Of a stretch of 64,000 nucleotides of DNA, positions 12,653-24,299 are shown one piece after another. The notes under the pieces are model-generated. The model did not search any database, had not been told where the DNA came from, and saw nothing but the letters and a program-made list of their open reading frames with translations. Source of the stretch: Takakia lepidozioides. Its lineage: Eukaryota > Plantae > Bryophyta. Position 1 is the stretch's first letter; each line of letters opens with the position of its first letter. Position numbers and translations under genes: made by a program. The stretch lies in assembly GCA_030704615.1 (NCBI GenBank), contig CM060734.1, positions 21,390,001-21,454,000 on the forward strand, read 5' to 3'.

Positions 12653-14587
12653 CTACTTCCCACACTCCTTGTCCCCCCAGAGTTCAGAATGATTAACCTT
12701 CTTAGTTGCATCCACACACGCTGTGGCTAGACGATGTAGTTTCTTGATTGTCATTGTTGACTTAAGAGCCCGTGAGTAGTGCTTCCCCACCTCCACAAGA
12801 AAGTCGTCACCGAGTGCGGGATCAGCAATGGCCACTTACTTCACCATCCAAGACTTGTACTTGAGGCGCGCCTTTGCCTCGGCAGTGCTGACATACGATT
12901 CAAGTGCACCTAGGGTCGGTTTCTTCTCCTCTGACTTCATGTAGAACCTCCTCGCATGTGCCAAATCTTGGTCAATTCTGGTCTGTCAGCAAAGCACATA
13001 GCAATTACAAAGCATGGTCTTCTAATTCCATAGCAAAAAATCGAGAAATGAGGAAATGAAGAGAGCAGAACGCAATACCCGAAAGATATAGTCGACCATG
13101 GCGTCCATGCTCAACCTGTACCATGTTCTGTCAGCCTTTGCCTCCAACTTCCACAGGAGATCGGCACTAAGGGAATTGGCAAAGTTAGTCACCGGCTGCC
13201 TCCCCACATCCTTCACTCGGAAGAGCATGTGGGACAAGTTGGTGGCAATGAAGGTAGTCTCCGTGACCCTGCAATGCCACAGTTGCAATATGTGAGGGGC
13301 TTGCCGCCAAGATGACTATGAAATTGCAAGTTCCAGTGCAAGGAGCATTTGAACTTATGTGTTTATGTCCGCCATAGCAGCCTTGAGAAGACAGCGATCC
13401 GCCGTACCCGCCACCTTCAGCACAACACACTCCACGGCGTAATGCCAATCGTCGGAAGTGTATACACAAGAAGCTCCGTGATCGTTCTCAATGGAGACAT
13501 AAAACGAGGTAGACCCCATACGATATCCATCCCGAAAAGAGAATTTGAGCTTGTCGATATCACCGAAAAAGGCAGGTCTGACCACCTGCATCAATACCAT
13601 GCGGCAAAGCGGAATCCGCAGCTTTGCTCGGTAGACCATGCCTCCCAGTACCTTGCCAATGTTGATGTGGGTTGCCTCCAACATCCTGGCAGCGGCCAAC
13701 TTCATATCCGCCTCCGACATGACGTCTGATGCAGGGGGGTTCTCTGGAAGCCCACCAGAACCACCAAATCCAGCCTGTATGCTCCAGCTTTGGGCCCTGG
13801 GGATCTCCGGGAGGTTGTCATCCTGGTTCGAAAGGTCCCTCTCCTCCTCATATCGGACATGTACCAACGGAAGCTCAACAGTGCCTTGCAATGTGGCACG
13901 TGCCTCTTCCCCTCCACCTGCCCCATACCCCAATGTGTGTGGTGTTTTCTCCTCTCCCTCTGCTGGTTTCTTAATGGCTCTGTCTGGTTCAGGTGTCATG
14001 GTACCTCTTTCGTTTGTCAGTGCTTGTGTCATTGCCTCTTCCGTGGTCTTTCCAGTGGCCTTCTCTCTGCCCTATTCTCTTGCCTTGTCTTTTGCCCTCT
14101 CTCGGGCCTTTTGTTTCTTAGATGGCGTGGCTGTAGGTGAGGCCTCCAGGTCCACCTTCGACCCCGGGGAAGTCAAGAGGTGTTTGGTGGGTGTTCTGTT
14201 CACTCCCCCCTCAGCAACGTGTGCCTGCTCTTTGGCTGGGGATTGCATGTGCTTCCCCTTTTTTTTCTTCTTCGTGTGGGCGGGCCCCCCTGCCTGTGCA
14301 TCGACCTCATGGATGGGCAGATCTGCCGCCTGTTTCCGTCGCCCTACACTTGCCATGCCAACTGCTGCAGAGGCAATCTCCCGAATGCCTATTCGGGCGT
14401 ACTCCCGCTCCAGCGCCTCTCTTCCACCAACAAAAGGAACTAGTTTTGGATTGGCCTCCAGCGCCCACGTAGGCGACCCGAGAATGCGAATACCAGAGTC
14501 CGCAGACTGCTGTCGATGACTGTCAGACTGCGGTCGATGGGCTGGAGTCACCGCTCGTCGACTTGGAGCAGTCGAGGATACCACCAC
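12653..14587 (-). pseudogene. Degenerate multi-exon gene of unknown function, probably TE-associated
   Basis: Lys/Glu-rich low-complexity N-terminus, then a globular block IPLCRM..M.VVRP....DI.KLK.SF..GY..G...FYVS and further exon-like ORFs (13022-13288, 12653-12835). Internal stops and a damaged splice donor near 13357. Confidence 0.5.
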
Positions 14588-15239
14588 TTCACTCTGTCAT
14601 CCCCAACACGGGCGGCACCATCCAAATCAAATCAACAGTCGTGACAGGCAGAGTAGGGATAAGCATGAAAGCAAAAACAACTCTATTCCTACAGATAAGC
14701 ATGAAAGCAAATACAAGTAATCGCCAACAATCATTTGCAATCGCACATGCAGAAGCACAGAGAAAATGTTCGAGCGCGAAGAAGAGGACGACACATCTAC
14801 AAAAAGCGGAAGAAACATGCGCTCACCTCAGAGTGCTCGGCTTCAGTTGGCGCAGGCTGTGAGCAAGACAAGGGTATCTCCTGCTGTAGCTTTAGTCTGG
14901 CCATGCGAGACGTTGGTCGCGGCCCGTAGTACAAAGGTTTCAGTTTGCGCCGTGGCCTCGATGGGGGGTTTCTCTGAGGAGAGCCTCGCCCTTCTCCACT
15001 CGGCATAAGTCCGACTAACAATAAAATCGAACGCATAATGCGTTGTGGCATTTGGGGAAAGGAACTTCATCCACACGTCACATTGGTGGCTCCAGGCGTA
15101 GCTGGGAAGCTAGCATGGAATCCGTGCGGACGATCCGGGTTCAAAAAGGAAGACGGCGGAACATAAATGCGGGCCATCGGGAATAACTGTGACAGGTTGC
15201 AAACTCGTCCAGGGCAACACCTGTCCGAGTCATACCCCG

Positions 15240-18200
15240 ACAGGACTTCATTCGCCCGAAAAAAAACGCCATATTTCCATTCGGGGTGATGAACTCTGGC
15301 AGGCACGTGGAGCCCACTCCGCCCGAGACGACTTCATCACTGACCCCTCGGATGGAAATTCGGCGCCATATTTCCATCCGGGGGATGAAGTCTGGCACCA
15401 TCGAGAGGACCCATCTAGGCCCTTAAGGACTTCATCCCCGCCCCCTCGGATGGAAATATGGCGCCGAATTTCCATCCGGGGAATGACATCTTGCAGCCAC
15501 ATGCACCCATGTCGGCCCCCCAGGATGGAAATACGGCGCCGAATTTCCATCGGGGGATGAACCTTGGCAGCCATATGGACCCATCTCAGCCCACCAGGAC
15601 TTCATCCTTGGCCCCTAGGATGGAAATACGGCGCCGAATTTCCATCGGGGGGATGAACTCTGTCAGCCATGTGGTCCCATCTCGGTCCACCAGGACTTCA
15701 TCCCTGGCCTCTAGGATGGAAATACGGCGCCGAATTTCCATCGGGGGGATGAACTCTGTCAGCCATGTGGACCCATCTCGGCCCACCAGGACTTCATCCT
15801 TGGCCCCTAGGATGGAAATACGGCACCGAATTTCCATCGGGGGGATGAACTCTGTCAGCCATGTGGACCCATCTCGGCCCACCAGGACTTCATCCCTGGC
15901 CCCTAGGATGGAAAACAACGCCGAATTTCCATCGGGGGGATGAACTCTGTCAGCCACGTGGACCCATCTCGGCCCACTAGGACTTCATCCCTGGCCCCTA
16001 GGATGGAAACACGGCGCCGAATTTCCATTGGGCGGATGAACTCTGGCAGCCAACTGGAACCATATCGGCCCCACACGACTTCTTCCCTGGCCCTCCGGAT
16101 GGAAATTCGGCACCATATTTCCATCCGGGGATGAAATCTGGCAACCATATGCACCCATCTCGGCCCCCAAGGACTTCATCCATTGCCCCTCGGATGGAAA
16201 TACAGCGCCAAATTTCCAACCAGAGGATGAACTCTGGCACCAACGTTGACCCCTAGGATGGAAATTCGGCGCCATATTTCCATCCCGGGAATGGAAAAAC
16301 GGCGCCGAATTTCCATCCATGGAATGAAATTTGCACCGATAAAGGGAACACAAGGGACCGGAGGAAGGAAATTGCAAATTTTCTGGGCGAAGTAGCAAAA
16401 CCACGAAAAATGGGAGTAAAGGGTTAAAAATGTCCAGAGTGGCACGATCCCACCCCCCTCGGATGGAAATTCGGCACCATATCTTCATCCAGGGGATGAT
16501 TTCTGCCAGGCACGTGGAGGCCTCGGATGGAAATTCAGCGCCATATTTCCATCCGGGGCATGATTTCTAGCAGCCACGTTCCAGCCTCGGATGGAAATAT
16601 GGTGCCATATTTCCATCGGGGGCATGATTTCTGGCAGCCACGTTCCAGCCTCGGATGGAAATTCGGCGCCATATTTCCATCCGGGCCATGATTTCTGGTA
16701 GCCACGTGCAGGCCTCGGATGGAAATTCAGCACCATATTTCCATCCGGGGCATGATTTCTGGCAGCCACGTTCCAGCCTCGGATGGAAATATCGCGCCAT
16801 ATTTCCATCCGGGGCATGATTTCTGGTAGCCATGTTCCAGCCTCGGATGGAAATTCGGCGCCATATCTTCATCAAGGGCATGATTTCTGCCAGGCACGTG
16901 GAGGCCTTGGATGGAAATTCGGCGCCATATTTCCATCTGGGGGATGATTTCTGGCAGGCACGTTCCAGCCTCGGATGGAAATATGGCGCCATATTTCCAT
17001 TCGGGGGATGATTTCTGGCAGCCACGTTCCAGCCTCGGATAGAAATATGGCGCCATATTTCCATCCGGGGCATGATTTCTGGCAGCCACGTTCCAGCCTC
17101 AGATGGAAATTCGGCGCCCTATCTTCATCCGGGGGATGATTTTTGCCATGCACGTGGAGGCCTCGGATGGAAATTCGGCGCCATATTTCCATCCGGGGGA
17201 TGATTTCTGGCAGCCACGTTCCAGCCTCGGATGGAAATTCGGTGCCATATTTCCATCCGGGCCATGATTTCTGGTAGCCACGTGCAGGCCTCGGATGGAA
17301 ATTTGGCACCATATTTCCATCCGGGGCATGATTTCTGTCAGCCACGTTCCAGCCTCGGATGGAAATATTGCGCCATATTTCCATCCGGGGCATGATTTCT
17401 GGTAGCCACGTTCCAGCCTCGGATGGAAATTTGGTGCCATATCTTCATCCCAGGGATGATTTCTGCCAGGCACGTGGAGGCCTTAGATGGAAATTCGGCG
17501 CCATATTTCCATCCGGGGGATGATATCTGGCAGGCACGTTCCAGCCTCGGATGGAAATATGGCGCCATATTTCCATTCGGGGGATGATTTCTGGCAGCCA
17601 CGTTCGAGCCTCGGATGGAAATATGGCGCCATATTACCATCCGGGGCATGATTTCTAGCAGCCACGTTCCAGCCTCGGATGGAAATTCGGCGCCATATCT
17701 TCATCCGGGGGATGTTTTCTGCCAGGCACGTGGAGGCCTCGGATGAAAATTCGGCACCATATTTCCATCCGGGGGATGATTTCTGGCAGGCACGTTCCAG
17801 CCTCGGATGGAAATATGGCGCCATATTTCCATCCGGGCCATGATTTCTGGCAGTCACATGCAGGCCTCGGATGGAAATTCGGCGCCATATTTCCATCCGG
17901 GGCATGATTTCTGGCAGCCACGTTCCAGCCTCGGATGGAAATATGGCGCCATATTTCCATCCGGGGATGATTTTTGGCAGCCACGTGGAGGCGTCGGGTG
18001 GAAATTCGGCGCCATATTTCCATCCGTGGGATGATTTCTGGCAGCCACGTGGAGGCCCGGGATGGAAATTCGGCGCCATATTTCCATTCGGGGGATGATT
18101 TCTGCCTGGCACATGGAGGCCTCGGATGGAAATTCGGCGCCATATTCCCATCCGGGGGATGGTTTCTGGCAGCCACGTGGAGGCCTCTGCCCCCGAGAGG

Positions 18201-18455
18201 ACTTCATCCAACCCCCCCGGATGGAAATTCGGCGCTATATTTGCATCCGGGGGATGGATTCTGGGCATCCATGTGCACGCTTCTGCCCCCGAGATGACTT
18301 CATCCACCCCCTCTCGGGTGGAAATTCGGCGCCAAATTTCCATCCGGGGGATGGATTATGGCAGCCACGTGGAGCCCTCTCCCCTCGAGACGACTTCATC
18401 CAACCCCTGTCGAATGGAAATTTCGGCGCCATATTACCATCCGGGGGATGGATTC
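15240..18455. repeat. Tandem array of palindromic units: 96-bp period (~15520-16100) and 64-bp period (~16460-18180, ~27 copies)
   Basis: Core GGATGGAAAT-N10 (central GGCGCC)-ATTTCCATCC. Unit starts at 15618/15714/15810 (96 bp apart) and 16525/16589/16653/16717 (64 bp apart). Confidence 0.95.
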
Positions 18456-18529
18456 TGGCCGCCACTTGCAGCCCGCAGGAGCTCTCCCAGGACATACTTT
18501 TATGGAGCCGACCACGAAATAAATGCTGC

Positions 18530-19220
18530 GAGTCATTCCCGGGTACGGGCATATTAAATGCTGCTTCTTTCTTTGCCACTTGTCCAAATTACCACCTACA
18601 CCCACTGCGTTCAAATCTGGGAAGCAAGTCAAGCTCCTCTCGTCCGCTCCTCCCACTTCCTCTCCTCCCATACTCCCAGGACAGTTGGTCCGGAATGTTG
18701 ACAGGTATGGATAGGAAACATGACGGGCACCCTTGGTGCGTGACCAGAACCACCAGCATGAAGATGATCGATGGTGTGCGGGTGCGGTACGTTCTGTGTG
18801 TGGGCGCGCTGCGGTGTTTCTCCTCAACCTGCTTCTACTATAAATCCAAAGGTCACAGGAACGAGACGGATTGGACAGGCACAACTCTTCAACCCTTCCG
18901 AGCTCAAGAGAAGGTTCCAAACTCCACATTTAAGTGCGCGCATTGCAAAGAACCACCAGTTTGCATGTCTGTTTGTAATGCCAAGCAATACTATGTGTGC
19001 CAGCTTTTGTCAGACCTCACACGAGCTTGCATACACATTGGTGTGCACTGTCAAAAATTGGTGAGGGGGAACTCGCGGGAGGCTGCCCAAGAGGCAGAGC
19101 AGCTCATTCAGGAGGAGGTCAAGTTGAGACCTGGTGCCAAACCCAAACAGATACAACTACAGGCCGCCCAGAAGATGACATTGAGCAGAATAATGTCGGA
19201 AGATGGCTCCAATAGACTTC
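18530..19220 (+). pseudogene. Cys/His-rich GCM/WRKY-like domain, probable N-terminus of a MULE-type transposase, 3'-truncated
   Basis: DGHPW...R...C.G.L.C....C...N...W.G...CAHC...P.C...C.A...R.CIH.G.H pattern; homology appears to stop near 19220, at the inferred inversion breakpoint. Confidence 0.5.
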
Positions 19221-19671
19221 CTCCAATGGGGCACTGCCGGTGGCTTCAGCGTGTAGTGGGGGGCGAGAGTCGACCCCAACTTCATTCTGAAGACCATGTT
19301 CTAGGGATGACACAATTGCGATACGTACTTCGTCAAGAAGGTCATCAAAGGTCGGCTGAATATAGACATTGTCTTTTATGAACGTAAACGAGTCATACGC
19401 ATTGTCGAGAGCATCATCGGACCTATCTCCACTATCGGAGGCAGATGACTCCCTCGTCACGGTGGGGCGTCAATGCCACGGATACTCAACTGAAGATCAT
19501 GGATTGTATGAAGGCGACTAATGATGGGGCTACGTTTGCACCCGGCCTCTTGATCTATCGACTTCAGATGTTGGGACTTGTGCGATTGAAGACCAAGCGA
19601 TGATCTTATTGGGGTGGATACTTGCAAGCTATCCGGTGTTAGAGGGACTAATCACCAGCTAGGGGGGCGAT

Positions 19672-20192
19672 TGTGGCGTGGCTTTCTAGGACTATATGCT
19701 AGGAAGTGTGGTTGGACAGCGATGTATGTTGTGGCACGATGCTTAGGTGCACGACAGTTGTCATGGTTTTATTTGTGATTAGTTAGAAATAGTTATTTCT
19801 AACTAATTAGGACATTATACATTTATATTTGTATTTTGTTGGCATTGGGACTTCATTTGGTTCCATGTGCCAAGTGAGGTGGCGAACCTCACTTGGGACG
19901 TGGGGAGGTTATCTCCACGTGAGACGTAGGTTGGCTCGTCTTCTTCTAGTCGAGCCTCCCGAAGCCTATCTCGCCGCCATAGCTCTAGTACTTGAGATGG
20001 AGAGTGGGTGAGGTCTGTATGGTGGAGTCCTTTAGCAAAGGTGCCATTGGCTTGACTTATATAACGTGATAGAGTGGTTTCTCCTCTTTTCACCATTTCC
20101 GTATCATTGTGGCGTGGCTTTCTAGGACTATATGCTAGGAAGTGTGGTTGGACATCGATGTATGTTGTGGCACGATGCTTAGGTGCACGACA
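19672..20192 (+). repeat. 3' terminal repeat block A-B-A of the DNMT retrotransposon, preceded by a PPT
   Basis: PPT-like AGGGGGGCGAT at 19661-19671; A1 19672-19756 (85 bp); GT; B 19759-20106 (348 bp); T; A2 20108-20192 (85 bp). Confidence 0.85.
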
Positions 20193-20689
20193 GGACTCAC
20201 CATGGGACGGAAACCTTGTGGTGGGAGTCGTGGGGAGTCTTGGGACTCATCATGGCCCAATGGGGCCGTGGTGGGTGGGCCAAGACTCACCGCGACTCAT
20301 CACCGGGAGTCGAGAATTTTCGTGGTGGTTCGCCATAAAATGGCAGGGTTGTTTGTGAAACCCCCGCGGACAATCACAGAAGTATATATAGGGAGTAGTA
20401 ACCCCGAGAACGGTGCAAGCCCGTTGGTGACCAAAAGCTAGTGAGTAAGCGTGCGAGGCGGAAAGCGACCAAGGTGTGGGGAGCTGTTCCGGACTGCCAT
20501 CGACCAAATGGAATTTCCACTTGGCCCAAATTGAGAGAGGGTCTTGTGGAGGAGTAAAGGGGGCCATTATATCCCGGTGAGCAGCCAAAGCTCCGAGTTG
20601 GCCCGACGGCCAGTTTGGGAGTTAGGCGCGCACATCAAAGTGAGTAACTATGACTTGAAGGGGAGCTTACCGAAGTGAGGTACGCGACA
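20193..20689 (-). mobile_element. Solo LTR family A, left half of a split copy (strand given relative to the 52313 copy)
   Basis: Homologous to 29089-29585 and, reversed, to 52313-52815; ends ...CGCGACA; flanked by CCAAG (reverse complement of TSD CTTGG). Confidence 0.88.
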
Positions 20690-20773
20690 CCAAGTGTGCT
20701 CTGCCTCATCTTGCAAACGCAATTGGAGAGCTAGACCTTGGGTCACTCGTCCGCCTCACCATTGTCATGCCCA

Positions 20774-22100
20774 CTACCTCTGTCCAAGACATCGTGGACA
20801 CAACCATTCTCCGATAAGAACCTCCTCAAGTGGCGGTGTCAAGCATCCCATGTGCCACCCCCTTGAGCATTTGTCACACACCAACATGGTTGCGGCGCCA
20901 CTAGCATGCCCACATAGCATGCAACGCAACCCTGCAGGTACCACTGCAAGGTTAGGATCTATCCTCCTATCCACATGTGGAAGGTGACATGGCGCACAAT
21001 TGCACACATGGTCCTTCCATACCATGCCATCTCGACCCTCCAGAATCAACACTCCTGAAGGCAACACCTCCTTGACCCTTAGAATCACACGTCATGCTGT
21101 GACATCCAAGGTCGTAGGCGTTGTCTGTTGCAGATACACATAGTCTCCAGGGTGGAAACGCCGAACACTTGGCCGATATCCCCCTCCACGTATAGTGGCG
21201 TACCTCAATGTGTCTCGGTGTTGGGCAATAGCAAGGTTCTCAAAAGCCATAGGCATGACTCTCTTGAACAACTCTGCCCGCTGGGCACATGCTTGTGTCC
21301 ACACATCCGGATCATCAAGGTTGAGAACTATTGCAGCCTCCCTGTGGATAGATGCAGGCAAATCCGGCTCTCGGCCGAAGAGAAGAAAGTAAGGTGAGAA
21401 GGAGGCAAGTGAAGCTTGTTTGCTGAATCTATAGCCCATAGCTAACCAAGGCAGTTGCAGGTCCCAATCTCCTAGGTGTCCCTTCTGCAAACCGTACTTG
21501 CGCAAACCTCTCTTGACTGTCTGAACAACTGTCTCCGCCAAGCCATCGGCCTCAGGATGATCTCGAGACATAGTGCGGTGATCTATCAAGGTTTGCTCAC
21601 ACAAAGCCTGAAACTCCCCCAAGAACTTTCTCCCCTGGTCCGTGAGTACCTTGGCTGGAGCACCAAAATGGCTAAGCACTCGATCTAAGAATGCATACGC
21701 AGCCCCCTCACTTGCCGTCAGGCAACAGTGCTGGGAATTAAGATGTCGTTGACGACACCTTAATCAATCCATTTGGAGAAGTGTTCCACCATCACCAGCA
21801 CATACTTGTTATGGCAAATCGTCAGTGGTAATGGGCCTGCGAAGTCAAGACTCCAACGATAGCCCAAACCCATAATGGGTAAATGATGCAATTGTGGAGT
21901 AGGAGCGTTGAAAGAAGCCCGCACTCTATCACACACCATGCACCTTGCCACTAACTGTTGCACATCCGTGTGCATGCCCCGCCACCAATAGTGCCCTTGC
22001 AGCAAACTATGAGTGCGCCGCACCCCAAAATGTCCCAACTTCTCATGGGCATGGCGTACCAATCGCACTCGTTGTGTTGGATGAGGCACAATCCTCACTC
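20774..22100 (-). pseudogene. Integrase with C-terminal PHD finger (PHD 20789-20923)
   Basis: HEKLGHFG...CMVC zinc finger, SLDFAG, LTDQG, DGLAE, SPYFLLFGR; then C4HC3 CMLC..MLVCDKC.RGWHMGCL.PPL......W.CPRC. Confidence 0.93.
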
Positions 22101-22399
22101 ATCTATCCTCCCATACCCGGAGTAGATGAGTCCCCTCCCACTTGAACCTCTTGGCTCGTTGTAGGACGCGATCTCTCTCCTTAACAGTCACACTAGCTGC
22201 TGTCTCTCCGGTACGAAGGTATGTCAACACTGCTGCATCTTCATGCACATCCTTAGCACCACCAAACTCCTCACTAGTCTCTGGATCGTCATGCACGCTA
22301 TCTACATGACCAATCGCATGGGATGAACCAGCTTGAGCTCCTATTGCTAGAGTGCACAAAAAGGCCGATGCATGTTATCCTGGCACCATCTCCTCATTC

Positions 22400-23000
22400 G
22401 TCTCACCATGCCACCGAGCTCCAGTATCACCATGCTCGCTCGTGCATGGATTACGACTCAATCCATCTGCATCCTGATTGACAATACCGGCTCGATGTAT
22501 CACCTGGAAGTCGTACTCTTGAAGCATAAGTGCCCACTGTGTAAGCTTCCCTGTAAGCTAGTCTGACTCCATCAACCACTTCAATGGTTGGTGATCCGTG
22601 ACAAGGGTGAAGAGATTGCCATAGAGGTAGCATATGAAATGTGCCACTGCCCATATTGCAGCTAGACACTCCCCTTCATAGGAACTATACTTCGCCTCGG
22701 CATCATTGTTCGAGCGGCTAGCATATGCCACTACGAACTCCCTTCCCTCATCATCCACCTTTGTGAGCACTGCTCCAATCCCCAGCATACTCCAATCCGT
22801 ATGTAGCTGGAAAGATCGCCCCCGAATAGGCCGCCTCAGAATAGGTGCAGAAGTCAATCGAGCCTTGAGTTTCTCAAATGCTTCCTCCTGCTCCTCTTCC
22901 CATTGCCACTCCTGACCCACCTTGGTCAACTTGGTAAGAGCATTTGCAATGCTGCTAAATCCCTTGACAAACCGTCGATAATAGTTTGCCAATCCCATGA
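22400..23000 (-). pseudogene. RT connection and RNase H
   Basis: FMGLANYYRRFV, LHTDWS..GIGAVL, VAYASR, YSSYEGECLA, VTDHQPLKWL. Confidence 0.93.
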
Positions 23001-23800
23001 AAGCACAAACTCTGCTCACATCCATGGGGCGTGGAATGCATGCAATGGCCTCCACCTTTGTCTATTGAACACCCAATCCTCCAGGGTATATCATGTGGCC
23101 CAGATACTCAATCTGATTGTGGAAGAACTTGCACTTTCCGGGGTGCAGTTTCAACCCGTGCGCTCTCAAGCGCTCAAACGCCACCTGAAGGTGTCTCTCA
23201 TGCTCCTCACCGTAGCACTAAAGACAATGATGTCATCAATATAGCACCGGACGAAGTCTAACCCCGCGAGAATCCTATCAATGACCCTCTAAAACTCTGC
23301 AGGAGCATTCTTCAACCCAAACGGTAAGAACCGCCATTGGTACAAACAATCCTTCCCATGTTGGTCAATCCCCCAGAATGTTGTCTTTTGCTTGTCAGCC
23401 TCTTTGATTGGCAATTGGTGGTAACCGGATCGCAAGTCCAATGTGCTAAACACCTTTGCATGCCCAATGGAATCAAAGATCTCTGGAGTTGACATGGCAT
23501 ATCTATCGGACTTAGTCTGACGGTTCACAGGACGATAGTCCCCACACATCTTTCTTTCTGTCCAATTGCCATAGATATCCTTCTTAGCTGGCATCACCGT
23601 TGCCGAGGCATACTCCCCGCCTGACAACTCCACCAATCCAGCTTCGAACAACTCCATAGTCCGTGACTGGATCAATGACCTCTCCATGTCACTATACCGG
23701 TAGGGCCTTCGAAAGATTGGCGTGTCACTTGTCAAATCAATACGAATCTCCTGACCTTTCAAACTCCCCAAATCCTTCAAACTGAAGGCTATAAGCCCTT
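23000..23800 (-). pseudogene. Ty3/Gypsy reverse transcriptase
   Basis: DYRPVN, FSTLDLRSGYHQ, PFGLKNAPAEF*, CYIDDIIV (~23225-23250), KC..F...YLGH. Confidence 0.95.
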
Positions 23801-24299
23801 AGAAATTGCTGGATCCTCCGTCTCTCTCCTCCGGTGACTGTAGATCCAACATCTGGTTCCCAATTGTCCTCAGTGACTGCAACCTTGGGTACACCAGGCT
23901 TGGAGATAGGAGACGAATCCTTTGGTTGCTAGATAGCAACCTCTTGGGCCTTGTCCGCCCAATCTGACTGTGGCGTAGCCTCCACTTGCTCCGCCATAGC
24001 CACCTTGAGAACATCCTCCGCACAAGAAACATCCTCAACCTCTTCAAAAACCTTGGTCACCTTGGCCTCCAACTGATCCTCAGTCCATGGCTCTCCCCAC
24101 TCCTCATACTGCTGCTTGAGAGATCCAATGACTCTCTCTTTGCGCATCTCATCCCACATCTGCCATGGGTGTTTGCAACCCACGATCTTGTGCTCGCCCC
24201 CACTCACTGCCTCAACCGTCTCGATTGGCAGGGAGGATGCACTATCCAATGGGAGTGCAGAAGTAGCCATCAATGCTTGCAATCTCCATTGCTCAGACA

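Noticed and set aside
13638-14519. 293-aa plus-strand ORF
   Set aside because: Antisense shadow of the minus-strand gene; no motif.
15240-18455. CRISPR-like array of palindromic repeats
   Set aside because: Inter-repeat segments are near-identical rather than unique spacers, there are no cas genes, and the context is eukaryotic.
15141-18557. Many overlapping repetitive ORFs (MEIWRRISIRG...)
   Set aside because: Artefacts of a stop-poor tandem array; the 64-bp period shifts frame every unit.
19815-20096. 93-95 aa ORF present in both B repeats
   Set aside because: Antisense to the element and shared only because the repeats are near-identical; no recognisable domain.
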